64,000 nucleotides of DNA from Emiliania huxleyi CCMP1516. Taxonomy: Eukaryota. The notes beneath the pieces were generated by a model. It saw only the letters and a list, made by a program, of their open reading frames with translations. It had not been told where the DNA came from and did no database searches. The translations under genes and the position numbers were made by a program. The stretch lies in NCBI RefSeq assembly GCF_000372725.1, contig NW_005201392.1, positions 925,620 through 989,619 of the forward strand, written 5' to 3'. Numbering within the stretch: position 1 is the stretch's first letter; each line of letters starts with the position of its first letter. This document shows, piece by piece, positions 35,939-47,899 of the stretch.

Positions 35939-36685
35939 TAGGGCGCCGCCGGCTCGAGCGAACGCCGGCCACATCGCACCTGTGGCGTGTGGGTGGCGCG
36001 CGCGTCGCGTGCGCCGCGCACGCCGCTCGCCGGCGCATGCGCCATGCCCCGCCACGGGGCGGCCCGGGGCGGTTGGTCGGGACCCGGCTCCCGTCGCTAT
36101 GATGTTTACTAGCTAGCTCTAGGTTTCGAACGACGGCTGTGTTGAGACACTCGTCTTCACAAGAGTCTTCTCTCTGTGACTTCTCTCGCTTGAAAAAACT
36201 GTTTTCAAGTCTTCAAGGCAAAACACAATGCTCTGCGGTTGGTGCACCCCTCACACTGACACATTCCCCTCATCCCCTACCCTTGGCTGAGCACATCTAC
36301 CTGCGAGCTAGCATCTCCGCATTTTCTCTTCCAGTCATCCGCCCGCGCCGCGCGCCATCTCGTCTGGGCGTCTATAGTGTGCAGCAGCCACTGACAGAGA
36401 GCTATTCCGAAGGAGTGGTCGACGCCTCGCCTTTCTCTCTCTGTGGTATATGCTATGGGTCGTATGTGTCGACTGTCGTCGTAGTTACCAGTTTACGTTG
36501 GGCATTTCGACACAAGATCTCAAGATGGCGCTTCAACACATTTTAGAGGAGGTGAAGCCTGCCGCGCCGCACGCCCGCAGCCCCCGCAGCGTGCACAAGC
36601 TCCCCAGAATACCATGCGCGCCGGCGCCTCAACAGGCCCCCAAACACCACAGGGCTAGTTCTCCTAGGATGTGCGATGCGTCGCT

Positions 36686-37924
36686 CTAGTCCTTGACGAC
36701 GGTGCTCTTGGCGGAGACGTAGATGCCGTCGAGGAACTTGCGGATGTCTTTGTTCTTGACAGCGCAAATGTTCTGGATCAGCGCGCTGCGAGGAGGGGTG
36801 GCGCGAGGAGGTGAGCGGTGGGCGTCGGCAGCGTGCGTGGCGTTGAGGTCTGCGCGCGCGAGGCGTCGGCAGCAGCCGGAAGCGGGGAGGGTGGCAGGGT
36901 GGGGGCAGAACGGGGTGGAGAGAGGGGGGGGGGGGGGGCTCTTGTGGCTAGGGAGCATGTAGCAAGTGCCCTCTGCTGCTGGGGGGTGGGGGTGGGGGTA
37001 GAGCGCGGTGGCAGAAGGGGAGGAGGCGGGCCCACAGGAATGATCCAGAGGGGGGTGGGGGGGGTCGCACCACGTGCGCGAGACGGCGTCGATGTCGTTG
37101 CCCGAGAGGACAATCTCGTCCTTGACGTCTTCGCTCCTCTTGACGGTGGTGTCTGAGGTGGAGGGGGGGGAGGGGGTGTTGCAGCGGCGTGGGACGGGGC
37201 GGGAAGGCGCCGGGACGCGGCCGCAGCCGACGACACCGGCCAGGGGAACCCAGGCCGGGGGAAACCACGCCAGTGGCAGCGGCAGCGGTGGCGGCGCGGG
37301 CGGCGGAGCGAGAGTGACGGCGGCGATCGGAGCGGCGGCGCGGCGGCGAAGGTTGGCGGCGGCGACGGTTTTGCGGCCCTCCTTGACGGCGGAGCAGCGC
37401 TTGTTCTACCTTTGGGGCGGCGGCGGCGTGCACCTTTGAGGGCGTCGACCACGCGGATGACCTTCTCGCCAAGGAAGTTGCGGATCTCGACGCGCTTGGC
37501 GCCGTTGGTGATGGAGACGTTGATGGGGAAGTGGGAGTACACGAAGCGCATCTTGTACTCGAAGCCCTTGGTCACGCCCGTCATCGCATTCTCCATGTGG
37601 CTCACGCACGTGCGGATCGACGCCGTCGCCTTGCCGCCAGTGAACCACTTCTCGACAACCACCTTGCGCTCGTCCGAGCCCTCCTCGAAGAAGATGTCGA
37701 TCGGCATGTGCTTGAAGCTGAGCTCGAGGGAGCCGCGCGGCCCCGTCACCTTGACGGCACGCGACTTGATCGCAAACGTCACCCCGTCGAAGATATCGAA
37801 CGTTTGTCTCTTCTGGGTGAATTTCTACGGGCGGGGCGGGGGCGCGCGTCTCAGGGCGGGGCGGGCCGTCACGGGGGCGAGGCGCGCGGAGGGCGCCGCT
37901 CGATGCGGCGGAGGGCCGCACCAT
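36686..37924 (-). CDS. RPL9: 60S ribosomal protein L9 (uL6), multi-exon
   Basis: [57 protein letters not shown] alone in the first coding exon. Confidence 0.96.
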
Positions 37925-38102
37925 GGCTGCTGCGCGGAGAACTGCTGCGCCTCGAGAGCCACGAGTCGCGACGGAATTCTTTTTCTCCGAGACTCGTTTT
38001 TTTGTTAGGCCGGAAAGTGTTTCAAAAAGAAAAATGGGGCCCACTCCTCCCAAACCCTGTCAGCAGAGTCCTCCTACGGGAATGTACGTAAGAGCCTGCC
38101 AT

Positions 38103-38569
38103 GGATGTTAGTCATCACACGCATGCCCCTCCGTTGGGATTGAATGAATGATTTAACAAGCTGCCGAGCCCAAATCACACAGTGAGAGTCGTGATTTCTT
38201 GTTGGTTAATAAAAATCTCTCTCTCTCTCTCTGGAATTGCGAGAGAGAGAGATTGCCCTCAGTCAATACATGTAATTTTTACTTCTGTCATGGAACTCAT
38301 GAGCGCATTGCATCAAGGAGAGAGAGATTTTTGTTTGTTGTTGTTTGCATCAATGTTTTGCCACGCGGTCGATCCGGATCCATCCCCAGCGATCCCCCAG
38401 GTCCCCACCCATCCCCACCCATCTCCCCACCCATCCCCACCCATCCCCACCCATCCCCACCCTCCACCCATCCCCAGCTCGCTCGATCACACACCCCAAG
38501 AGCCCTTGGGGAAATCCGTTCGCCAATCGCCATACGCTCCGAGCGGCATGCGTGTGATGACGAACATCC
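38103..38569. mobile_element. MITE with 25-bp TIRs
   Basis: GGATGTTAGTCATCACACGCATGCC / GGCATGCGTGTGATGACGAACATCC (one mismatch); CAT on both flanks; internal (CCCATCCCCA)n. Confidence 0.7.
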
Positions 38570-39640
38570 CATACACCAACAAAAACCTCCACCACACCGC
38601 CGCCGTCGCCGCTCACGCCGCCGCCGCCCTCCAGCTCGCCCACGCCGCCGCCACCCTCCACCTCCACCACACCGCCGCCGCCGCCGCTCTCACGCCGCCG
38701 CCGCCCTCCACCTCGCCCACGGCCACGCCTCCGCCGCCCTCCACCTCTCCACCACCCCGCCGGCACTGCCGCCCACACCTCCGCCGCCCTCCCGCTCCCC
38801 CTTGCCTCCGCCACCCTCCACGCTGCCTCCCCCGCCGCCACCCTCTCCTTCGCTTCCCCTCTCCACCACCGCCCCCCTACTCCACCCTTCGCCCTCCCCC
38901 GCCCGCCCTCCCCCCCGGCCTACCGAACCACCCACCGCCCGCCCATGTCGATTTCCGCCCCCCGTTCCCGCCCCTCCGCCTTCGCCATCCCCCATCTGTG
39001 CGTTCCACTCCGCCCGCTCCCTCCCGCTTGGCGCCCATCCCGCCCTCCGCCCTCGCCCTCCGCCCCTGCCCTGGCTGGCCTGGGTGGCATCTCCTCATCA
39101 GTCATCATTCACGCGCCAAGTGGGAGGGAAGTGTGGACGGGGCCCTGAGCCGACCTAGCCGCCAAACGGAATGGGGCGCCCAAGCAACACGTACCGGATT
39201 ACTGTGCCTTCCACAGCCTTTCGGCTCGTGATACGTGAAGGGTCGGTGCGTGTCGTGGGACCTCCTGGAATCTTCCTGGAACACCCGTTACCCCCGCACC
39301 AAGCACCATCTCCGTCGCTTGGTTCTATAACCTTGCCACCACCGGGAGCGGCCAGGCAGGACTCATAAGACTCGGTCGAGAGACCCCAGATTGGCACTCA
39401 TGCCTCTCTGGACAGGGTGGTGTGAGTGAGATTTGTTTGTCAGGGTGGTGGCCCGCCACAAGGACCCCAGGAATTGCGACTCGCCGCTTTCCTCCCGCTG
39501 TGATTTTGTGTGAGCTCTGTGTCAATAGACCTACAACAAAAAAGAATTCTTAAAAACAAGCCCTCGTAGACGACAAAAAAAAGAATCGCAGAACGTCGAA
39601 GTGTCGGCGTCGGCCCGCCGACCGAGAGTGGGTTGTTTGC

Positions 39641-40264
39641 ATGCTCGACCAAAACATCCCCGGGCTCGACTTGCCGAGGACGCCCGTGCCGCCTCGATAT
39701 CGGACGATATCGGCTGAGGAGGCCACGCAGACGCCACCTCAGCCCTCGATCGCCGCGACGCAGACGCTTCCGCTGGTCGTGGAGAGCGCGATGGCCGCGC
39801 GGGCGCGGGCCGACGCGGGAGAGCGCGCTAGGGAGCAGGCGATCAGCGAGTGGGACCAGCGCGCCGCCGAGGCACGCGAGCACGAGCTCAGCTTGCGCGA
39901 GCGGGCCCTCGCCGAGCGAGTCCTCGCGCGGGAGGAGTCGCTGCTGCGGCGGGCAGAGCAGGCAGAGTTGGAGCTGAAGGCCGAGCGGGAGAGGGCCGCC
40001 CGGCGGGAGGCGGAGCTCGAGGCGGCGCTGCACAGCCCGGAGACCGCCGCCGCAGAGCAGCGCCGCAAGGAGGAGGACGCGCTGCGAGAGTGGAACCGGC
40101 GGGCGGCGCGCTGCAACCCTCACTTTCCCTTCTCGCCCGGCTTGGCCGGCAAGGTGGGAGCGGTGCACTGGCCAGCGCGGCCGGAGCTGCGGAAGAGGTA
40201 CGCGCCGATGGCCCGCCTCGACACACCACCCTGGCAGCCCGCCAGCCGCGTCTGGCAGCACTAG
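39641..40264 (+). CDS. Hypothetical coiled-coil protein
   Basis: 207-aa ATG-initiated ORF rich in E/R/A; no recognisable domain. Confidence 0.4.
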   Translation: MLDQNIPGLDLPRTPVPPRYRTISAEEATQTPPQPSIAATQTLPLVVESAMAARARADAGERAREQAISEWDQRAAEAREHELSLRERALAERVLAREESLLRRAEQAELELKAERERAARREAELEAALHSPETAAAEQRRKEEDALREWNRRAARCNPHFPFSPGLAGKVGAVHWPARPELRKRYAPMARLDTPPWQPASRVWQH

Positions 40265-40682
40265 GCTCTGGCCAGGGAGGGGCCGGTGCCGGCGAGGGCA
40301 GCCTTGCAGCCTGCGCATGAGGCCGCTGCTGCAGCCGGCCAGTGATCGGGACTGGGTGCTCCGGTCTGATGCGAGGTTGCCTCTGCCTAAGCTGGAGCTT
40401 GCGTGAGAAAAGGGTCTCACTGGGGCGGCGGAGGGCAGGGTCTCGGCCCCCGCGGTGCGCGGGGACACACCTGACCTTTGAAACGATTGTGGGATTGTCG
40501 ATTCGATTTGACGATTTTAGAGCGCGTGTGACTATTTCTACCTTGTATGTGCGAGCTACATGAACATGACGAGCGGAGAGGCTTTCTCCTAGGGTTTCTC
40601 AACCGATGTCCGATCAGTCACATCTCACTACTCACAACACACACAAGTCACATCTCCGCCCCGGACAAACGACACATACATC

Positions 40683-41851
40683 TCACATGCCGCTTATACT
40701 GCCGGGCATGTCACATGCCTCCCCGTCCAGCGGTACGAGCGTCCCGTCGTGCGTGCCGCTCGTCGCCCAAAACTCGGGGACCGGAGACGCGTCGGTGTAC
40801 CAGATCGTGAGCGCAAACCGCTGCGTGGCTGGGCGGAGGATCGGCAGCACCTCGTGAGGACAGCGCTGGTCCGCCAGAAACAGCACCAACCGGTCCGCGA
40901 CCGGCGCAATGTCCGCCTGCGCGTCGGCACACCGCCTCCGCCCCACCCCGACCGCCTCCTCCTCCTCGTCTTCTTCGGAGGAGTCGGCGGTGGCGCACTG
41001 CGGCCCGTACAGCCGCAAGCAGCCGCCGTCCGCGCTGGCGTCCCACGCGCCGGCCTGCTGCAGATAGTAGACCGCCGTGAGCACCCTCGGGCTGCAGCGC
41101 GGGCCTGTTCACACCGGCGATTGTGAAGAGGCGCCGGACACAGCCTCCCACTGCTGCCGCGCGCGCCTCTGCCGCCCGGCACGGGCGCGCAGTCATTGTC
41201 GACGTGCCTCCGAAAGAAGTCCCCGGCGGCGTATCGCGAAAGCATGGGCTTTTGCCTGCCGACGACGGCGGCTAGGGCCGGGCAGTCTGCGGCGCGCAGC
41301 AGCCTCACGATTGCGTCTGTGCGCGCGCTCAGCTCCCCGAAGCCATCCGGATCCCAGCAGACCTGATCCGATCGCGCGTCGGTCCGCGAGCGGTCCGCGG
41401 CCGGCCGAAGATGGAGCGACGCTGCCTTGCACGCGCCGCGCAGGCGCACCGCGGCGCTGGCTCCCGCGAAGCCGTCCACAACGGCAAAGTGCCGCCTGCG
41501 CAGCGACGTGGCGACCGCGGCGACCGCATCTGGCGACCGCCACCACTCCCTCGTAGCGAGGGTCGGGCATGCGCCGCGCAGCGCCGCGAGCTGTGGGTGG
41601 AGCGCTCGCACGTCGTCTCCGACGAGCATCGGCGCGGCCGTTTCGACCGGATCGCCCGACAATAGCAGCGCATGCAGCTCGCGAGCCCAAGCGGGCCACA
41701 CCTCACCGTCGAGCTCCCACGCCAGGCTGCTCGCCGCCTTGAACGAGGCGATGCCCTGCGCCACTTTCCCGGCGTCACAGAGCACCTCGCCAGTGATGTA
41801 GGCACGGACGGCCTGCTCGCGCAGCGACGGTGGCGTGGGAGGTCGCCACAT
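40683..41851 (-). CDS. EGLN/PHD-like 2OG-Fe(II) oxygenase
   Basis: RSDQVCW, FRRHVDN, LTAVYYL, GGCLRLY, DIAPVADRLVLF, PHEVLP, RFALTIWY; one intron near 41100-41175. Confidence 0.88.
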
Positions 41852-42000
41852 ACGCGTCGCTCACCGCCGGGGCGGGCGCCTGGCGGCGCCGCTGGTTCGC
41901 TCGCTACGCGTCGCTCACCGCCGGGGCGGGCGCCTGGCGGCGCCGCTGGTTCGCTCGCTACGCGTCGCTCACCGCCGGGGCGGGCGCGTGGCGGCGCCGC
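41851..42000. repeat. 54-bp tandem repeat, about 2.8 copies
   Basis: TACGCGTCGCTCACCGCCGGGGCGGGCGCCTGGCGGCGCCGCTG... repeated. Confidence 0.9.
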
Positions 42001-42289
42001 TGCGCAAAAAATCAGCAAACGACAGCACTCCAAGTGTCTATCTGAACCATGAAGTTACTTCAGGAAGTAAGTATTCACAGCTGTATAGCACGGGATCGCA
42101 CCCCCCAACCGCTTACTAGGAACCCCTCGCCTTATTGTTTGGCCCCCTCAGGCCACACACAGTTACTTCATAGTTACTTCTGCGGCATTCTCGCGTACAT
42201 GTCGGCCGAGCGCGCGCCCCCTGCCTGCCGGCAAACGGTCTCCTGAGAGCCCTCCTACACCCTTGCCACCCCCCCAGCCCAAGCCACCA

Positions 42290-44540
42290 TCAGATGCTCC
42301 GCCTGGCCCCGCGCCCGCGGCCCCCGGTGGCGCCGCCGCCGGAGGCGCGGCGTCGCGGCGAGCTTCGGAGGGCCTTCTTCTGGATGCCGAGGCGGAGGCC
42401 GTGCACTCGGGTAGTGCCTGCGCAGTGCATGGCATAGCAGCGGCGGCCGGTGCTGGGGTTGCAGAACGCGTGGTCGGCATTGCCGTTCGGGCAGCAGGTC
42501 ACGCAGTACCAGCCCGCCATGATGCCCTTTTGGCACCAGCTGCACTGGTGGTGCTCGTTGGTGTAGTTGTCGAACTTTGCCATCTCATGCATCTCTGGGG
42601 CAGCTCTCGGGTCGGCCCCGCCGGCTGCACTCGAGGCGGCACCGTACTCAGCCTTGCCGAGCGTGAGGAGGGTAAACGCCAGCCGCTTGCGGAACTCGGG
42701 GTGGCCCAGCGTCCGCTCCCCCGCCACCTTCTTGTACGTCGGGTGCCAGTTGAGAAGCGCCTTGTACACGTTGACCTCCCAGAAGCCCAGCCCCTCGGCA
42801 AAGTGGCGGTGCACCCAGTTGTTGGTGGCCCAATGCGTCGGCCATCGAGACAAGCCCCTGCCGAAGGTGGTTGTGGACGTCGACGACCGAGTAGAACTTG
42901 TGGTACATGGCGTGCACGCAGGTCGTCGCAATGCTGAGGGTGTACTTGATGCGCCGGCCAATGGCGTCGGTGATGGTCCACGACTTTTGGTAGTCGTCTG
43001 CAGGCTTCATGGTCGAGGCGGTGCTCACCACCAGCACGGGCTTCTTGGAGTTGTGCCCCGCGGCCAGCACCTCGACCGTGCCGCTGGGCCTCTCAAACTT
43101 TTGGGTGTACGCGTACGACTGGCCGCGCGTCTGCTTCGGGCACAGCTTCGACTTCTTGTCGTAGCCAAGCTTGTCGAGGAGCAGGTCCTTGGGGTAGTGC
43201 TTGTGCGCCGTCTTGACGTTCATGACGGCAAAGAGGCCGATGTCGTACAGCGCGAGGATGCACGGGACGGAGCCGAACCAGCTGTCCGCAATCACCACTC
43301 GCCCTCGAGACGCGCACTTTTCCACCAGCCGCAGGGTGAGCGCGACGCTCCTCCACGGTCCGTCTGCACCGAGCTTCCTCTTCTGCTCGGCGCACTTTTC
43401 CTTTGTCGCCATCGCCTTCTTCCCCTCCCACACCTCGAACCAGATGAGGATGCCGCACATCGCGCAGCAAAGGGTGTGGAGCTCGAGTCCTTTGGGCGTC
43501 GGCTTGCGCTGAACCACCATGAAGCCGGGCATGCCGCGTCCTAGCCACTTGACCATGCTCTCATCCAAGCACATGACCCAGCCGCACGTCACTGCCGCGA
43601 AAAAGGCGTTGCGCAGGGCATCCCAAAACTTGCGGGTCGCATTGAAAGGGTCCTGCGGGTCCTCGTAGGTTGGCAGCTCGAAGCACGCTTGCATCTGCTT
43701 GAACCACCTGATTCCTCGCTGCGCGCCGGGGTGACCAATCTGAAGCCACGTCTTCAAGTCGTAGGTCGGGCCGAAGCCGTCGCTTGGCTCGTCAGCAAAG
43801 AACTGCTCGCGCCCCCCCACCGTGAAGAAGGCGAGCATGTACATCCAGCATCCGATCCACTGGAGCACGTCATTGGTGGTAACGAACCAGTTCTTGTAGT
43901 GGACGTCGTTGCCCTCGCTCCACCGCGCCCGGCCGTTCGCCTGCATCTTCTCGGCGAGCTCGCTAATGTACGCCATCGGGAGGAAGTGCTTGGCGTACTC
44001 GAGGAGCGACGACGCGGGGTTGAGCTGTTCCAGCTTCGGGCCAAAGTTGTCTCCACCCTCCCTGTCGCGCGCGCAGAACTGGCGGTGGTCGTTCTCCTTC
44101 CAGGCAGCGCTGTCGCCAGTCTCCTCGCCGTCGTCGTGCTCCTCGGCGAGCTCGCAGTCGCTGTCGTCGCTCTCCTCGAGGTCTGGAATGCGCGCGCCGT
44201 CAGGCTGCTCGTCGTCGTCGGGCTCAACCGCAGCAGCAGGTGCAGCCGCCGCAGGAGCCGCCGCAGGCGAAGGCGCAGCGGCTGAGGCGGCTCTGCCGCC
44301 GCGCCGATCCGGCGGGAGGAGCTCGACACCGAGCTGGGGGCCGACCCGGTCGGTGTCGTCGTCGGCGGTTCCAAGCTCCGCTTGCACGACCGGCAGCGGC
44401 AACGTGCTTGGGCCAGCTGCACCTGGGGCCGGCGCCCGCTGGAACCTTCCGGTAGATGCTGCCGCGAGTAGTATCGCCGCCGGGCTCGGCGCCGCCGCGG
44501 CGGCAGCGGGCTGCTTTCCCTTTGCACGCTTTGGGGGCAT
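42290..44540 (-). pseudogene. piggyBac/PGBD-like DDD transposase with one +1 frameshift near 42833
   Basis: CLDESM, RKPTPKG, VIADSWFGSV, YSVVDVHNHLR; C-terminal Cys-rich domain CSWC...CVTC...C...CYAMHC lies in the second frame. Confidence 0.88.
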
Positions 44541-44605
44541 CTGACGCTCGACCCGACCCGGTCACGGTCGCAGTCAAAGCTGTCACGGGTCAGCGAGTCA
44601 ACGAC

Positions 44606-45052
44606 ATGGTGACGACACGATCGAAGGCGAAGCATGAAGCCCCGCAAGGCGCTGCCGCGCCTCAAGGCGCGCCTCTGCCGCACGCGCTCACATCATGCAC
44701 CGCGCGCCGCCGAGCGGGACGTGCCGTCCGTTTCAGTCCATCGCCCGGGCATCGCGCCCGCCGACAACAGTTGAGCATGATCTCCGCCATTGCTCCGTTT
44801 CTTTTTTCACGCCTTCACGCGCGCGCAGGCGCCCCCGACTGTACTGAGCGCACCCCCCACCGTCCCCTGCCAGGCCCAAGCACGCCGCAGGCTCCGGTGA
44901 GGCCGCCTGGGGAGCGCAGGAGGTCTCCCCGCCTCCGCGACCAAGTGCACGATACGCCAGGCGTACACAAGTCCAAGAACAAGCCCCGGCCGCCGCGGTG
45001 GAGCTCCTACACCGACTCCGACGGTGACCACCACCCCTCCCCGGTCTTTTAG
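44606..45052 (+). CDS. Small basic Pro/Arg-rich ORF inside the transposon, divergent from the transposase
   Basis: MVTTRSKAK start 65 bp from the transposase ATG; RRSPRL motif. Confidence 0.4.
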   Translation: MVTTRSKAKHEAPQGAAAPQGAPLPHALTSCTARRRAGRAVRFSPSPGHRARRQQLSMISAIAPFLFSRLHARAGAPDCTERTPHRPLPGPSTPQAPVRPPGERRRSPRLRDQVHDTPGVHKSKNKPRPPRWSSYTDSDGDHHPSPVF

Positions 45053-45214
45053 GGAGCGGGTCCGCTCCAGTCCAGGTCTGCCCTGTGTCTAGGGAGCTGT
45101 GGGCGGGGGCTAGGGGCCATTGCGGGCGCGGGGCGGGGATAGTTACTTCTCAGAGTAAGTAGTTACTTCAGGAAGTAACTGGTTCAGATAGACACAAGTG
45201 CTCAAACGGATTAA

Positions 45215-45366
45215 CGAGAGACTACGAAAAGAGATACGAGGAGGCAGACTCCCCAGGGTGGGCGACGGCTAGCGCATCACACCCTCCTCTCCTTAAAATC
45301 CCTGTGTGGTGGCGGCGTGCCGTTCTCCCATCCCTCCCTTGGGTTGTGTGTTTTCTTTCTTTCTTT
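45215..45366 (+). mobile_element. TTTC-tailed retroposed copy
   Basis: 14-bp TSD CTCAAACGGATTAA (45201-45214 and 45367-45380). Confidence 0.88.
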
Positions 45367-45396
45367 CTCAAACGGATTAAGAGGAAGTGTTAGGGA

Positions 45397-45501
45397 GGGC
45401 GACGGCTAGCGCATCACACCCCTCTCCTTAAAATCCCTGTGTGGTGGCGGCGTGCCGTCCTCCCATCCCTCCCTTGCGTTGTCTCTTTCTTTCTTTCTTT
45501 T
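45397..45501 (+). mobile_element. Second adjacent TTTC-tailed retroposed copy
   Basis: Near-identical to 45260-45366; no clear TSD. Confidence 0.8.
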
Positions 45502-45645
45502 TAAAATGAACTCGGGGGGCACGGGACGCGGCACAAACGGGGCACTTTCTTTCTTTCGTAAGGGGAAGGGGATAAATAAATAAATAGAGCAGTCATCTCC
45601 AGGGGAAGGGGACACCCCTCGAGCCTCCTTGGTCCCTTTTCTTAT

Positions 45646-46221
45646 TTAGCTCACACCATGCCGATGACACAGAGGACAACAACAGGATATACTAGCGGTC
45701 CATCGCCGCAACCCATCCCCGTCTCCGGCAGCGCCGCCTGCGCCCGCGCCGGCCTGCTCTGGGACGGCGCGCCACCGCTCGTCGTCCAGCATGTGCCACC
45801 ACCGCCGATCCGAGTTGCCGTCGTACTCGACCTCGTGCACGATCCGTCCGTCCCCGTCCTCCTCCCGCGCCATGACGGTCGCAGGGTACCACCGCTCGCT
45901 GTCGCAGAATATCTCGAGGCGCGATCCGGTGGACAGGACAGTGTGGCCGTCGAGCGCCGCCCTGGCATCCTCGCGCTGTCGCTTCCGCCGCTTCGCCTTC
46001 GTCTCCTTGCTGCGCAGCAGGGTGTAGTTCGGGCCCACCTCCGCCACGCTGTCCAGCACGTGGACGGCGCTCGCCATCTCGACCACGTCGTCCTCCGGCG
46101 GAAGCTCCGCGTCGCCCGCGGCCGCTTCCCGAGCGCGCTCGTCGCGCATCCGCTCGTGGTGGGCCTGCCGACGCGCCACGCCGGCGCCCGTGTGCCTCGC
46201 CGCCGCGTCCGGCGACGGCAT
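45646..46221 (-). CDS. Small Tudor-like domain protein or fragment
   Basis: GSRLEIFCDSERWYPATV...HEVEYDG. Confidence 0.55.
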   Translation of the reverse strand: MPSPDAAARHTGAGVARRQAHHERMRDERAREAAAGDAELPPEDDVVEMASAVHVLDSVAEVGPNYTLLRSKETKAKRRKRQREDARAALDGHTVLSTGSRLEIFCDSERWYPATVMAREEDGDGRIVHEVEYDGNSDRRWWHMLDDERWRAVPEQAGAGAGGAAGDGDGLRRWTASISCCCPLCHRHGVS

Positions 46222-47899
46222 CAGTGCTGTCCGCCCGAGCGTGACTCGCCACTCCACGACCTCCACGACCTCCACGACCGCCGAAAAGCACGACCGCCGA
46301 AAAGTTCGCCCACTCGCTCTGCCCCAAACCTAAATCGTCTCTCTTTGTACATACATATTATATATCCACAACCATGCGCATAAATAAATAACGCACGGGC
46401 TCTCAGCGGAGCTGGGAATAGGACCGCCGCAAGCGGCGTGGCGTGGAGCGGTTGAGCATCCCTCCGGGGGCCCCCTCTGCGCCGGGGAGGCGATGTTGGA
46501 GGCTAGGACGCAAGCGTCATCGCCCTTTTCCAAACTCGGGGCCCACTCCGCTACGCTCCGACCCGAATTTGGAGGGCCTAAAAGTTTAAGGTGTTGCTGC
46601 GCAAAAGGGGTCGGACACAGGGCGCAGCTCATGCCAAGAGCTAGAAGGGGAGCTAGAGAGAACGACTACCCTGTCCCGTTATTGCGTACACCAACACCAC
46701 AAAAGCTCTCTCTCTCCTGTCGTCAGCCTGTCCTCACTCAGGGGGGTCACAACTACCGAGTCCCTCGACTAGCTGCCACGTTGCCGACCGAGAGCGGATC
46801 TCCTCCTGCTCCGCAAGGAGGGTGGCCAAGGCTAAAGTCTTGCCGGAGCCGCCGGGCGCGTTGACGACTTGGAGAAGGTCCCCTTATGTACTTGTACATG
46901 TAGAGATGCTCGAGGGGGTGCTTTGTGGGGCGGTGCGCAGCCAGGTCCTCGGTTGAAGCATTCGTCGGAGGCTGCGGCACGACGGGAGGGTCGCGATAGC
47001 AGTCCTCGGGCGAGCCGACGCGCATGTCCAACCAGCGCTGGGACTCGTTGTGACGGCAGACGCCGGCTGCCTCTCCAACCGCTTCTGCAGCGTCCTTCTT
47101 TGCCCGGTGCATGGGCTCGATCCGATTCCGCAGCGTGTCGTCCCCAGCGGCGGTGCTGCGCGGGAGGCGGCCGCGGGCACGCTGGGCTCGATCAGCGGCT
47201 TTCCCTCAGTTGCTCCGAAAGCACGGACTTGGCGGACGTTCTTGGTTCAATTTTACGGATGTCTTGGCACCAGCTTAAGGCTTGCACGGCAGAGATCACG
47301 CAGTTTGCGCACGGTATTCAATTCGGATTTTGCTATTTGCTCGTGTGGGGGTATATTATTTGTCAATGGTACCGCGTCTGCGACGCGGGGGCGCCTTGCG
47401 GGCAGAGCCCTACCTTAGCCACCCTTCATATCTTGCGCGCGGTCATAAACTAGCCGCACAAAGAATAAATCCCCAAAATAATAAATAAAACGCGGACACA
47501 CCAAACAAGGGGTGGGAGAAGGACATCCAATGCGCAACCAGAGCGCGATGTGCACGGTGGATTTCTTTATCGGAGTTAGCGCGTGAGTCCGACAAATACG
47601 AATCTCGAATGTGATATGTGTGTGCACCGTCACGCGCCGCGAGGCCGCGCGACGCCGGATGTGGAGATCAGTGGACAGTGTGGTTTGAGATTGACACCGG
47701 AAGGACACAGGAGAGAGTACACAGCTCGCAGAAGAGGGGACCATCAACCACCACCTGCCCACACCGCCCCTCGCGCGGGGACCCTCACGGCTCACAGCTC
47801 ACCTGCCCACACCGTCCCGACCCCGGCCGCGTGCATAAAGGGTGTGTTGACCGTGGCATCACACGCCCTCAGCCTCGGGTCCACCGCGAGTCGGCACGG

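Larger units (their letters stand above)
42035..45194 (-). mobile_element. piggyBac-family DNA transposon, about 3.16 kb
   Basis: Perfect TIRs TGTCTATCTGAACCA / TGGTTCAGATAGACA; CAAG on both flanks; subterminal AGTTACTTCAGGAAGTAA at both ends. Confidence 0.9.

Noticed and set aside
46753..47200. Possible decayed coding fragment on the minus strand
   Set aside because: No motif could be assigned.
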